A stretch of DNA of 64,000 bases from a virus. The stretch's first letter is position 1. The number at the start of each line of letters is the position of its first letter. Positions 36,116 to 47,200 of the stretch are shown here, piece after piece. The notes beneath the pieces are model-generated. The model was given only the letters and a program-made list of their open reading frames with translations, was not told the DNA's origin and did not search any database. The position numbers and the translations under genes are program-made. Location: positions 32,001 through 96,000 of IMG/VR virus record IMGVR_UViG_3300036651_001908. One strand, given 5' to 3'.

Positions 36116-36333
36116 CTACGACCGTTGAACTTCGGTGTCCTACCGGGTTCCGCAGGCTCTTCTCGAAACTCATCCTGGCGGGCGAGCGCCCCCGGGTGAC
36201 AGGAGGCAATCTCCTGGAGTTCGCGTGCTCCGACTGCCGGAAGGAACTCAGGGAGCAGGGCACGGCGTGTCGCCTCGTGCTGCACCGGTTCGACCTGGCC
36301 GGGGAACTCGTGGAGTCCTTGGTGCTCGAATGA
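36112..36333 (+). CDS. small Cys-containing (zinc-ribbon-like) protein
   Basis: LRCP...ACSDC...H; ATGA coupling. Confidence 0.7.
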   Translation: MTTTVELRCPTGFRRLFSKLILAGERPRVTGGNLLEFACSDCRKELREQGTACRLVLHRFDLAGELVESLVLE

Positions 36334-36392
36334 GTCCGGACCGATAGTACCTCTTCGATAGCCCAAGGGGGCAAAGAGAGGAGTCGCCAGAG

Positions 36393-36998
36393 ATGGCTAC
36401 TACGCAGATTTACGAAGGCTTTTCGCTTTCGCACGCCGCCATCCTTGACGGCCAGTCCGACGACGCTCAGGTGAACTTCGGTACCTTCTACGGCGTCCGA
36501 TCCGGTTCGATCGCACTCCAGGTGCAGTCGTTCGACAACACGGGTGACGACGCGGTGCTGAGCACCTGGTACTGGGCTGACAAGGCCACGGTCACCATCA
36601 CGTCGGGGTACATCCCGTTCCAGACCATCTCGGTGCTGACCGGCTCGCAGATCACCTCCTCGGGTGCTGGCAACTCGGCCATCTACCAGTTGCCCCTCTG
36701 GGAACTCGGCTCCATGAACACGTCGCCTCGCCCGATGATGGTGCGCGTTCCCTCGAAGGACTCGGCGGGCAACATCCGCCAGTTGGACTTCATTCTGTAC
36801 AAGGTCCAGTTCGAGCCGATTTCGTTCACCGGCCCCGACTACAAGGTCGGCCTCCTCGTGAACTACACCGGCACCGCGCTGATGTCGTCCATCGATGAGA
36901 AGGGCAACCCCGTCCTGGACTCCCAGACCGGTCTCCCCTCGAAGCAGATCGGCCGTCTGGTCTCGTCCGGCGTGGGTGGCGCTGACACCCTGATGTAA
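36393..36998 (+). CDS. major tail protein
   Basis: 201 aa, strong codon bias, own late motif (36340-36348), directly before tail chaperones and tape measure. Confidence 0.8.
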   Translation: MATTQIYEGFSLSHAAILDGQSDDAQVNFGTFYGVRSGSIALQVQSFDNTGDDAVLSTWYWADKATVTITSGYIPFQTISVLTGSQITSSGAGNSAIYQLPLWELGSMNTSPRPMMVRVPSKDSAGNIRQLDFILYKVQFEPISFTGPDYKVGLLVNYTGTALMSSIDEKGNPVLDSQTGLPSKQIGRLVSSGVGGADTLM

Positions 36999-37030
36999 TA
37001 CCCCGCAAGCCCCAACTGAAGGAGAGTCGC

Positions 37031-37588
37031 ATGACGACCGCAAGTGAAGTAGACGCCCTCGACCCCGAGTCGGACATCATCCAACTCGAATCTGGCGATC
37101 GAGTGGTGATTCAGCGTCTTCGCACTCGGCAGATGTTCCGGCTGCTGAAGATCCTGACGCACGGTGCCGGTCCGGCACTGAACAACCTCAACGTGGGCGC
37201 GGACACGGCAGAGTTCATCACCCAACTCATCGCTGTCACGGTGATGGCGATCCCGAACGCTGAAGACGAGACCATCGACTTCGTCCTCAGCATGGTGGAC
37301 TCGGCCGACACCATCGACCCGCCGCGGACGAAGGCTGACCGGGCTCGGAATGAGGAACTGCGGGACAACCTCGCAGCGAATCTGCTGAACCCGTCGCTGG
37401 ACGACCTTCTCTCGATCATCGAGATTGTCATCCGCAAGGAGGCGCCGGAGATTGCAGCGCTGGGAAAACGCTTGGGGGCGCTCCTCCAGACGACGCTGGG
37501 GAACGCTCCGACGGCGGAGCCGGAGCCGGAGAGTCTGCCCGAGCCGGAGAAGCGCAAGCCCTCTTCGAGAAGCGCCTCGAAGGCATAG
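37031..37588 (+). CDS. tail assembly chaperone (gpG-like)
   Basis: Between major tail and tape measure genes; in-frame G GGA AAA slippery site at 37462-37468. Confidence 0.85.
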   Translation: MTTASEVDALDPESDIIQLESGDRVVIQRLRTRQMFRLLKILTHGAGPALNNLNVGADTAEFITQLIAVTVMAIPNAEDETIDFVLSMVDSADTIDPPRTKADRARNEELRDNLAANLLNPSLDDLLSIIEIVIRKEAPEIAALGKRLGALLQTTLGNAPTAEPEPESLPEPEKRKPSSRSASKA

Positions 37589-37977
37589 ACCATGACCATC
37601 TCGTTGGCCGCTACGCCATCATCTATGACCTCGTGGCCAACGAGTATGGCTGGACTGATGAGCAGATCGGAGACCTCCCTGTAATCCGCCTTCGTCAGAT
37701 CGTCGCTGCGATTCACATGCGCCAATTCATCCGAACCCGTGAAGAGAACGCTCGCTTCTCTTGGCTGGCTCGGGCGCTTGGCACTCTGATCGCTGCGGGG
37801 TATCAGACGGAGGGAGAGAACCCCGCTATCGACCACGCAGCCAACTTGTCCATGGATGAAATCGAAGCGGCAGCCATGAAGGATGCCACTGGGGAAGGTA
37901 CGGCCCGTGCTGTTCAGGAGAACGGTGAGGGTTCGTACGAGAAGTTGATGAAGTACATGGGCGGCCCGCCCAGATAG
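37462..37977 (+). CDS. tail assembly chaperone -1 frameshift extension (gpGT-like)
   Basis: The -1 frame is open from GGGAAAA through ANEYGWTDEQI to TAG 37977. Confidence 0.85.
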   Translation, partial: GKTLGGAPPDDAGERSDGGAGAGESARAGEAQALFEKRLEGIDHDHLVGRYAIIYDLVANEYGWTDEQIGDLPVIRLRQIVAAIHMRQFIRTREENARFSWLARALGTLIAAGYQTEGENPAIDHAANLSMDEIEAAAMKDATGEGTARAVQENGEGSYEKLMKYMGGPPR

Positions 37978-37990
37978 CAGGAGGTGAGAA

Positions 37991-40900
37991 GTGTCGGACT
38001 TCAGGGAAACCGATGTCACGTACAAGGCCAAGGCCAACTTCTCCGAACTGCTTGCCCAGATCGCTGCTGTCAAGGCGGCTATCGATGCTCTCCGTGCGAC
38101 CGAGAAGGATGCGAATTCCGGCTCCACCCAGGAGAACAAGGATGTCGCGGCCTCTCAGAACGCGATCACGAAGTCGCTCAAGGAGCGCGCGGCTGCTCAG
38201 CGGACCCTCAACGATCTAGAGAAGAAGGCCAAGGGCGCCTCTACCGGTGGAACCGCGGGCCAAGCGGGCGGCTCTGCGGTCTCCGACCTCAACGCGGTAG
38301 ACGACGCGCAGAAGAAGGTCAGCAACAGCCGTCGCAAGATGGTCAAGGACACGCAGGATCTGTCCAAGGCCGAGCAGGATCTTGCGGCTGCACGCTTCCG
38401 TGCCTCCGCGGCAGGAGACACCAGCGACCTCTCTCGCATGGGTCTCGAAAAGAAGATTTTCGGCCAGGTCGTGCAGAACATCGCTGCATATAACGATCTG
38501 GAGAAGGCGCAGACCCGGGCAGATACGCACCACGTCTTCGGTCTGCGGGACATCAAGTTCGCTGCCGAAGAGGCGGGGCGGGCCGAGAGTGCCGCGAGTG
38601 ATGCGGGGACGGCAAGTGACTCGCGTCGTGCCGGGAGCATTCGGGCGATCACCTCAGGTCTTCGGGAGCAAGGGGTCGAAGCGGAGAAGACCGCGACCCG
38701 GGTGCAGAATCTCTTCGCGAAGATCGCATCCCTCTCTACCGGTCTCAGTGGCATCATCAATAGGTTGCCTCCTGTGGGCCCTGGCGCGCTTGTCGGAATG
38801 GGGCTCGCTGCTCTTCCGGCGCTCTACCCCATCCTCTCCTCCCTCCTGAACGTCGTCGGTCCTCTGATCGCAGGTTTCGGTGCCCTGGGCGCAGGCACAC
38901 TGGCATTCGCATCGAACCTCGCCTCTCTGTCTGCTGGTCTTGTGGCAGTCGTGCCCCTCATGGCGGGCATGGCCACCATGATGGGCACGATCAAGATGGC
39001 GCTTGCGGGTGTCACCGGGCCCAAGGGTGCCATGGCGTTGTATGCCAGGTGGCAGGATCTGATCGCCCTTGGTGCCTCACCTGCGGTCATCGGTCGGGCC
39101 CAGAAGGCTTATCAGAACGCGTTCCAGTCCTTGGCTCCCGCTGCTCAGCAGTTCGTGACGTGGAACCAAAGCATGCAGAACGCCTTCGATGCCATTCAGC
39201 ATGCGGTCCAGCAGAACTTCTTCGCGCAGTTCGTCAAGGATCTGCACCTGGTCAACGGGCTTCTCCCCCCTCTCGCGAAACTGTTCATGAACACCGCTAC
39301 GGCCATGGGCCAGGTCGTAGACGACATCCTCAAGGCCCTGTCCGGGCCGCGGTGGATCACGGCCATCAATACGTTCGCTGACACGATCGTTCCGCTGATC
39401 GGCGTGGTCAGCAAGACCATCATCAGCACCCTCGGGTTGTTCCGAGACCTGACCATCGCCGCCCTCCCCTTCACGGTCAAGATGGTGAATGGGCTCAACA
39501 ACGTCGTTGCCGGTCTCGTCGCGATGCTGAACACCCCGGGCAGGGCCGCCGCGTTCACTGCCTTCCTCGATGTCGTCTACAGCCGCCTGCTCGTCTGGCT
39601 GGACATCGTCAAGAACATCGCTCTGGTCATGGCCCGCTACAGCAGCGCCGCCTCCGGCTGGAGCAATGATGTTGTCAAGAACTTCGACAAGGTCACCAAG
39701 CACTGGGCGGACATGGCGAAGGCCGCCGAGAAGCCGAACTCAGGATTCAAGAAGTACCTGGAGGAAATCAAGCCGCTCCTTGCCGCCTTCGGCCGACTGG
39801 GCAGTGAAGCCGTCGGCTGGATCAAGCGGATGATGTTCGATCCCCAGAACATCAAGGACATGACGAAGATCGCGGATGCTTTCGGCATCCTCGGTCACGC
39901 CCTTGCCAGTCTGCTTGACACCTTGACCAAGGGCGGCGACTTCTCGGTCATCGTTGACATCGTTGCCCAACTGATCAAGTTGATCGACCAGATTCTGAAA
40001 CTGGGAGGCATCCAGGGCATTCAGGGTGTCTGGAACATCATCGACAACCTGCTGAAGTTCCTGAACGGGCTGCTTGCCTGGGCTTCGAAGGCTCCGGTCA
40101 TCGGGAATGTTCTTGGCCCGATCGTCACCTCGTTGAGTGTGTTGGCGACGCTCTCGTTCATCGGCAAGTTCACGGGCCTGACCGACCTCTTCGCTTCCCT
40201 GATGCTCCTGGCGGGTACTCCTGGGATCCTTGCTGTGCTGGATCGCCTTCCCGGTGTGGTCCCCTTCATGTCGAAGACCGGTGTCAAGTTCACGGACGCC
40301 AAGAACCCCATGCAGCAGACGAAGAATGGTGAGCCGTCTGTCTGGGCCACCAAGCCTTCGAAGAACGACCCGCTCTACAAGTACAACAAGGGCGCCAAGA
40401 TCGGTGACCCCGTCATGGGTCCCGGCATTATCGATGCGGGGGCCATGAGCACCCGGCAGGCTGCGCTTGCCTACGCGAAGCGGCTGAGCGCCTTCCAGGG
40501 CGAGGAGCGCGCCTTCGCCCTTGCCAGTGGTGGGAAGGACACCGCCAGCATCCTTGAGAAGTTGGGGGGCTTCCTGGGCCTCGGGGCCAAGGGTGGTGCC
40601 TTCCGCTCCACCACGCAGGCGCTGATGGATGCGGGCCTCATGGCCAAGGGGGGCAAGGCCTGGGGCCTGGGTGGGCTGCTCGGCAAGGGCATCTCTGGTG
40701 TTGGGAGCAAGATCCTCCCCGGCATCGGTGCCTTGTTCGGGGGCATGGATCTTTTCAACATGACCCAGAACGCGGGCTCCTCGAAGGGCAGCCCGGAGGT
40801 TCAGCGGTTCCTCAAGCACCCGACCCAGGCCAACGCGCTGGCCATGGCCAAGTCCATCAACGGTGGGGTGTGGGGCGGAGCCGGACAGGGGGCGCTCGAT

Positions 40901-43339
40901 GGCTTCGGCATCGGCTCCCTCCTCGGTCCCTGGGGCATGCTCGGTGGGGCACTTGTGGGCGGTGTCTACGGGGGAGCCACGGGTGGCATCCAGGCGAGCG
41001 GCTCGAAGAACCTGGGTCGCGGTTGGGGGAACATTGCCCAACAGGCATGGAAGAACCCGGGCTCACTGAGTGGCACGTTGGGCACCGCCTACGGCATGCT
41101 CGGCCAGGCGATGGGGCTCCCCAAGGGCTACGGGTCGGCCTTCGGAGGGGTTGTCGGGGGTGCCGCAGGGTTTGGGCTCGGGAACGCCAAGGGCCTGATC
41201 GGGAACTTCCAGCACGGTGGTGACCAGATCGCAGGCTTCTTCAAGGGTGCAGCCAACAACTTCACCTATGGAGCGAAGCAGATCAGTGGCTTCTTCAAGG
41301 GTGTAGCCGACAACTTCACCTATGGAGGGAAGCAGATCGTCGGCTTCTTCAAGGGTGTCGTCGCGAACTTCGCCCATGGTGCTCAGCAGATCGCCTCCTT
41401 CTTCAAGCCTGTCACGGATAAGTTCGCCGCGGGTGCGAAGCAGATCGGTGACTGGTGGAGCAAGGAGGTCATCCCTGGCTGGGCCCACGGTGCTAAGCAG
41501 ATCGGTGACTGGTGGAGCAAGCAGGTTGTTCCCGCTTGGGCCCACGGCGCTAAGCAGATCGGTGACTGGTGGAGCAAGGAGGTCATCCCTGGCTGGGCCC
41601 ACGGCGCTAAGCAGATCGGTGACTGGTGGAGCAAGACGGTTGTTCCTGCCTGGGCGCATGGTGCTCAGCAGATCGCCGCATTCTTCAAGCCTGTCGTGGA
41701 CGGTTGGTTCATCGTCGCGAAGCAGGTCGGCCAGTTCTTCAAGCCCATGGTGGACAAGTGGGCCTACGGAGCGAAGCAGATCGGTGATTGGTTCCATGGT
41801 GTAATCAACAACTTCGCCCACGGCTGGTCACAGATCGCTGGGTGGTGGAAGGGAGTCATTGACAACTTCGCCCACGGCTGGTCACAGATCGCTGGGTGGT
41901 GGAAGGGAGTCATTGACAACTTCGCCCACGGCTGGTCACAGATCACCGATTGGTTCCATGGTGTAATCGACAACTTCGCCCATGGCTGGAAGCAGATCAC
42001 CGATTGGTTCCAGGGCCTGATCAACAACTTCGCCCACGGGTGGAAGCAGATCACCGATTGGTTCACTCAGGTCGGTAAGAACATTGACAATGGCTGGCAT
42101 TCACTCACTCAGTGGTGGCACGACATTGGCAAGCACATCGATGGCTGGTGGAACGGCGTCACCAGTTGGTGGCAGCAGGTCGGCAAGAACGTCAACAAGT
42201 GGTGGGATGGTGTCACCAGTTGGTGGCAGCAGGTTGGCAAGAACGTCAACAAGTGGTGGGACGGCGTCACCAGTTGGTGGCAGCAGGTTGGCAAGAACGT
42301 CAGCAAGTGGTGGGATGGCGTCACCAGTGCTTGGGTCAAGATCGGTCAGAACATCCGTGGTTGGTGGGACGGCGTCTCCACTGCTTGGGTCAAGATCGGC
42401 AAGGACATCCGTGGTTGGTGGGATGGTGTCACCAGTGGCTTTGTCAAGATCGGCAAGGACATCTACAACTGGTGGAATGGGGTCACCAGCGGATTTGTGA
42501 ATATAGGAAAGAAGATTTTCGCACTCTTCGGCGGGGTCGCCGGGGCCTTCATGAATGCCATCAAGACCATCGGTGGGATTGGAGGCGCAGTCGGAGGCGC
42601 AGTCTCAGGTCCCCTCGGCAGTGTGATCAGTGGCGCGCTGAAGGCGGCTGGTGCTCCGCTGTCTTGGGCCGGGGACATCGCGAAGATCATTCACTTCGAG
42701 TCCGGTGGAAACGCCAACGCCCAGAACAACTGGGACAGCAACGCCAAGGCCGGTCACCCGTCGCAGGGTCTGATGCAGTTGATTCCGGGCACCTTCTCGG
42801 CGTATGCCGGAGGGTACGCCAGTAGGGGCATCCGGGACCCCTTCGCGAATGTGTTCGCGGGCATCCGGTACATCATGGCCAACTACGGCAGCGTCTACAA
42901 TGTTCCGGGCATCAAGTCGCTGGCTGCGGGAGGCTCCTACGTGGGCTACTCCACCGGTGGTTCCGTCACTGGTGGGGCCGGTCCCCGGTGGAAGAAGAAC
43001 GGCACCGACACCGTTCCTGCCATGCTCACACCGGGTGAGTTCGTCATCCGCAAGCCGGTCGTGGACCTGCTCGGGGTCCAGAACCTTCGTCTGCTGAATA
43101 GCATGACGACCTACTCCAAGTTCCTCACCGGGCCGATGCGCTCCCCGCGCCCACCGGTGGTTGCGCCCTACCAGCCTGGGGTGCCCGGCTGGATGAGGAG
43201 CCCTGGGTTCAGTGGTCACGGCCCGAGCCCTGCTCAGACCTTCGGCAACATCATCATCAACAACCCGCTGCCCGAGCGGGCCAGCGATACCCTTCCGCGC
43301 ACCACGCGCAAGATGGGTTACCTCGGCCCGACCCGATAG
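37991..43339 (+). CDS. tape measure protein with C-terminal lytic transglycosylase (SLT) domain
   Basis: 1782 aa, 11/22-aa Trp/Phe repeats (about 41200-42490), ESGGNANAQNNWDSNA...GLMQLIPGTF, DTVPAMLTPGEFV. Confidence 0.95.
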   Translation: MSDFRETDVTYKAKANFSELLAQIAAVKAAIDALRATEKDANSGSTQENKDVAASQNAITKSLKERAAAQRTLNDLEKKAKGASTGGTAGQAGGSAVSDLNAVDDAQKKVSNSRRKMVKDTQDLSKAEQDLAAARFRASAAGDTSDLSRMGLEKKIFGQVVQNIAAYNDLEKAQTRADTHHVFGLRDIKFAAEEAGRAESAASDAGTASDSRRAGSIRAITSGLREQGVEAEKTATRVQNLFAKIASLSTGLSGIINRLPPVGPGALVGMGLAALPALYPILSSLLNVVGPLIAGFGALGAGTLAFASNLASLSAGLVAVVPLMAGMATMMGTIKMALAGVTGPKGAMALYARWQDLIALGASPAVIGRAQKAYQNAFQSLAPAAQQFVTWNQSMQNAFDAIQHAVQQNFFAQFVKDLHLVNGLLPPLAKLFMNTATAMGQVVDDILKALSGPRWITAINTFADTIVPLIGVVSKTIISTLGLFRDLTIAALPFTVKMVNGLNNVVAGLVAMLNTPGRAAAFTAFLDVVYSRLLVWLDIVKNIALVMARYSSAASGWSNDVVKNFDKVTKHWADMAKAAEKPNSGFKKYLEEIKPLLAAFGRLGSEAVGWIKRMMFDPQNIKDMTKIADAFGILGHALASLLDTLTKGGDFSVIVDIVAQLIKLIDQILKLGGIQGIQGVWNIIDNLLKFLNGLLAWASKAPVIGNVLGPIVTSLSVLATLSFIGKFTGLTDLFASLMLLAGTPGILAVLDRLPGVVPFMSKTGVKFTDAKNPMQQTKNGEPSVWATKPSKNDPLYKYNKGAKIGDPVMGPGIIDAGAMSTRQAALAYAKRLSAFQGEERAFALASGGKDTASILEKLGGFLGLGAKGGAFRSTTQALMDAGLMAKGGKAWGLGGLLGKGISGVGSKILPGIGALFGGMDLFNMTQNAGSSKGSPEVQRFLKHPTQANALAMAKSINGGVWGGAGQGALDGFGIGSLLGPWGMLGGALVGGVYGGATGGIQASGSKNLGRGWGNIAQQAWKNPGSLSGTLGTAYGMLGQAMGLPKGYGSAFGGVVGGAAGFGLGNAKGLIGNFQHGGDQIAGFFKGAANNFTYGAKQISGFFKGVADNFTYGGKQIVGFFKGVVANFAHGAQQIASFFKPVTDKFAAGAKQIGDWWSKEVIPGWAHGAKQIGDWWSKQVVPAWAHGAKQIGDWWSKEVIPGWAHGAKQIGDWWSKTVVPAWAHGAQQIAAFFKPVVDGWFIVAKQVGQFFKPMVDKWAYGAKQIGDWFHGVINNFAHGWSQIAGWWKGVIDNFAHGWSQIAGWWKGVIDNFAHGWSQITDWFHGVIDNFAHGWKQITDWFQGLINNFAHGWKQITDWFTQVGKNIDNGWHSLTQWWHDIGKHIDGWWNGVTSWWQQVGKNVNKWWDGVTSWWQQVGKNVNKWWDGVTSWWQQVGKNVSKWWDGVTSAWVKIGQNIRGWWDGVSTAWVKIGKDIRGWWDGVTSGFVKIGKDIYNWWNGVTSGFVNIGKKIFALFGGVAGAFMNAIKTIGGIGGAVGGAVSGPLGSVISGALKAAGAPLSWAGDIAKIIHFESGGNANAQNNWDSNAKAGHPSQGLMQLIPGTFSAYAGGYASRGIRDPFANVFAGIRYIMANYGSVYNVPGIKSLAAGGSYVGYSTGGSVTGGAGPRWKKNGTDTVPAMLTPGEFVIRKPVVDLLGVQNLRLLNSMTTYSKFLTGPMRSPRPPVVAPYQPGVPGWMRSPGFSGHGPSPAQTFGNIIINNPLPERASDTLPRTTRKMGYLGPTR

Positions 43340-43377
43340 ACCCGCGCCGATAGTTCCCCCTAGGAGGGCATAGACCC

Positions 43378-44211
43378 GTGACGAACACAACCTCGGCGTA
43401 CTGGGCCATCAATGGGACCAGCCTTCAGACCTACGCGTGGAATATCTCCTCGTGGGGAGACAAGCAGACTCTTCCTCCGACGCGTGGCGCAAATCTTCTT
43501 GTGCCGATGGCCACCGGGCAGACCTACGTTCCTAAGGTTCCGGACAGCCGCACCATCACCCTGAACATGTGGGTCTCGGGGGCTAACCCGGATGGCAGCA
43601 TCCCGAGGAACCCCACCGCTCTCGCCACCTTCCAGGCGAATTACGCTGCGTTGCAGGCGCTCTTCTGGAACATCCGAGGCCAGATGCAGTTGTCGCAGGT
43701 GATGACCTACCCGGACGGCACGACACATACCGTCATCGCGCTTGCTGAGTATGCGGGCGGTATGCAGCCGTCGATGCAGGGCCAAGCGGCTGCCGCCTTC
43801 AGTGTGGATCTACTTCTTGCCGACCCATTCTTCTACGGCCCTCAGATCACGCAGACCCTGTCGTCTTCGACCGTCGTGAACGTCGTGGGGGACGACCGCA
43901 CGGACGCAGTCTTCTTCACTCTAAGCGGCGCGCGGAACAACCTGCGCATCCAGAACACCACGATGCTCGCCCAGCCCTACTTCGTCTACAACTACTCCAC
44001 CGCTTCAGGAGACTCCGTCGTCTTCGATGTGCAGAACTTCAAGGTCACTCACACGCCTTCGGGCAGTGGCGCGTATCAGGCCGCGGGGCGAATCAGCCAT
44101 GGAGCCGACCCGTTCTGGCTCCCCCTCGTTCCGGGGAACAACACCATCGCCATGAGCAGCACGTCTGGAACCGGCACGGTAAGCCTGGCTTACCAGCCTA
44201 GGTGGTTCTGA
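43378..44211 (+). CDS. distal tail (Dit-like) protein
   Basis: Follows tape measure; LADPFFYG, LVPGNNTI, C-terminal RWF. Confidence 0.8.
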   Translation: MTNTTSAYWAINGTSLQTYAWNISSWGDKQTLPPTRGANLLVPMATGQTYVPKVPDSRTITLNMWVSGANPDGSIPRNPTALATFQANYAALQALFWNIRGQMQLSQVMTYPDGTTHTVIALAEYAGGMQPSMQGQAAAAFSVDLLLADPFFYGPQITQTLSSSTVVNVVGDDRTDAVFFTLSGARNNLRIQNTTMLAQPYFVYNYSTASGDSVVFDVQNFKVTHTPSGSGAYQAAGRISHGADPFWLPLVPGNNTIAMSSTSGTGTVSLAYQPRWF

Positions 44212-47200
44212 TGGGAGACTGGACCGGTACTACCCCCTGGACCGGGTCTCGCACCTGGGGCCCCGATGGGGCAAGTGTTGGGCTTACCGGGTCAGGCTCC
44301 CTGCACATTGCTGTTTCGACCAGCCCCAGCATGGGCGGCTCCGGTTCCCTGGCGGTCTCCCGGGCTACCCCGGCTATCAAGCCTGCTGTCGCACTGACCG
44401 GAGCCGGTGTTCTCAGCCTGCTGACTTCGGTCGCGATGACCTCGCCTCAGGTGCTCTACGGCTACCCGTCCTCACTGGAGTTCCGGGTCACCAAGTACAC
44501 CACTGCTCGGACGACGCCCACGGTCTACGATGAGGTGCTGAACGGACCGCTGGCTGGCTCGTGGCTGGACGAGTTGGTGGGTCCCGGTAGTGGCACCCTC
44601 ACACTCTCAACTCAGCACCCGAAGGTGTTGGCCGACCCGACACTGCTGGCGCAGCGCAACTGGATCACCGCGCTGCGGGATGGCCAGGTGGTAGGCCGCT
44701 TCATCTTGCAGACCAAGGAACTGGTGCTGGCGGGCTCCAACGGGGACATGGCCGACCGTCTCTGGACTATCTCGGGTGAAGGTCTGCGGACTCTGCTGCA
44801 CGACGCGGTTGTTTTCCCCGAGAACGGACAGGTCGGGAAGACGACGGGAACCACCCGCTACTTCAACTTCGCCACGGTGATGAAGAGTCGTTGGTATAAC
44901 TCCAGCCAGTGGGTGGCGCCACATTCTGGCCCCAACTATCTCGCTAAGAATTCGTACTTCTTGAAGTACCCCGCAGGGTACCCCATCGCCCAGGGCCAGT
45001 GGATCTGGGGCTCGACTCGGGACGCCAACGGACATGCTGCGGTCGGCTACAACTACTTCCGTTGTGAGTTCACTGCGACGGTGTCTGACTCCTCGCAGAC
45101 GTACTCGTTCTACGCCGCGGGTGATGACGCCCTCAACCTTTACCTCGATGGCATCCCCATTGCGAATACTGCTGTCGGGCAGAAGAGTTGGGCGAACGTC
45201 GTTGCGGTCGAGGGTATCTCTCTTACCCAGGGTGCCCATGTGCTCTCCGCACAGGTGTACAACGCCCAGGGCCGGGCAGGTTTCATGGCCTGTGTTCGGC
45301 AAGACGCGAACGACTCCACGAGCACCGCGATCAAGACCCTCTCCTACACCGGTGATTCACACTGGAAAGTCAACGCGTACCCCTCGCAGGAACCGGGCTG
45401 GACCATCGGTGAGGTCTTGCTCCAGTTGTGGGGCGAGGCTCAGACCCGAGGTGTGGACTTCCCTGCCCAGTTGCGCCCTACCTTTTCCGAAAATACGGAT
45501 TCCGCGGGCGTGGCCTGGCCGTCCACCGGTTCGTATTCGTTCCCGCTCAACACCGACTACTCCGACATGCTCGCCCAGATGGAGGCCATGGGTTGTGAGG
45601 CCTGGGTAGATCCTTCCACTCTGACGTTCAACGTCTACGTGGTGAAGGGCATCGATTACTCGGTTGTCGCGTCGTATCCGAACCCCCCCACATTGCAGAT
45701 CGGACAGAACCTCACTGCGACGGATGAGACATCAACCGCGGCACTGAAGAATGGTCTTCTTGTTCAGGCCGCGGACGGCTGGACCTACCAGACTGACAGC
45801 AACTCGCTCTCCACCTTCGGCCGCATCGAGGGTGGCACGCAGGTCAGCGTGAATCTGAATCAGGCCAGCACCATCATCAGCAAAACCTTCTCGTTGATGA
45901 GCACGCCGCAGGTGTCCACGACGTACCAGATCATCGACACCGGCAACATCAAGCCGGGTATCGACTTCACCTTGGGTGACTGGATCATGGCTCCGGCCAT
46001 GAACGTGGACCCCAACACACTTGCGCGGCGCCGCGTGATGTCCATCACCTATGCCCTGGACACGTCGAATAACAACCCGAACGTTGTCTACGCGGTCGAG
46101 TTGGACACGGTCTATCAGGACCACATCACCACACTGACCAACCTCATCTCGAAGTTGAACAATCAGGACACGGTCACTGGAGCGAAGACTTCCAAGGCCG
46201 TCCCTTCTACTGGAGCCGGTGCCCCCATCGGCGCGGGCAGTTCACCCGCCACGCGCTCCGCGCTCTACGCTCCCACGTCCTTCGCAGTCGGCACCATCAC
46301 GGGTACCTACGACTCCAATGGCAACCCCACCTGTGCACTCGCACTCTCGTGGGTCTGCCCCGTGGACGATGAGGGCAACGACCAGGACGTGGCCCACTAC
46401 GAGATTTACGGGTCCACTCCCACCGTCGCCTGGGCCCTCCTGTCACGGGTGGATGGGGCGAACCTCACCACGACGCTGAACGTCACTCCGGTTCAGTCCT
46501 GGACCCTCGGTGTTCGCGCTGTGGCGGCCTGGGATGCAGGCCTCCTGTCGGACTTCAGCAACATGGTCACCGTCACGTCGATCAAGCCGGGGACAGCGCT
46601 GGATCCGCCCACTGCTCCGACGCTGGCCACGGACAAGGGAACGATCACTGCCCACTGGGACGGGAAGTTGATCAACTCCGGGGGTGTGTCGTACACGCCA
46701 CCGGTGCAGTTCAAGAACGTCTCCTGCTACATCTACACGAACTCGCCCAGCGAGAGCGACATCCACCAGGTGGCAGGGCTGCTCCAGGGCGCGGGCGCAG
46801 TCGTCATCTCCGGGCTCGCCGTCGGCACGCTCTACTACGTTGTGTTCTTCGCCAATGACAACGGAGGGCTGTCGTCTGCGCAGTCCGCCCCGGCTTCAGT
46901 GACGGTCATCGGTATCACCGGCCCGGACATCCTGGCCAACTCGATCACGGCGAACCAACTGGCCGTCGGGGCAATCACCGCAGACAAGTTGGATGTCGGA
47001 ACGGTTCCGCAAGGCAACCAGTACAACCGGGTGCCGAACCCGCTGTCGAACACCGCCTACTGGTCGTTGGTGGTCTCGTCCACCAACGCGTTCAACTTGG
47101 GTGGCTCGGCCAATGCGACCGCGCTCGCGGCGGTCGGGGCAGTTCCGGCCGGACTGGCACTGCTCCCGACGCCTACTGCTGCCGCCTATTGCTACGTCGC

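Noticed and set aside
41200-42490. Regular 33/66-bp direct repeats resembling a CRISPR array
   Set aside because: In-frame tape-measure repeats with no unique spacers and no cas genes.
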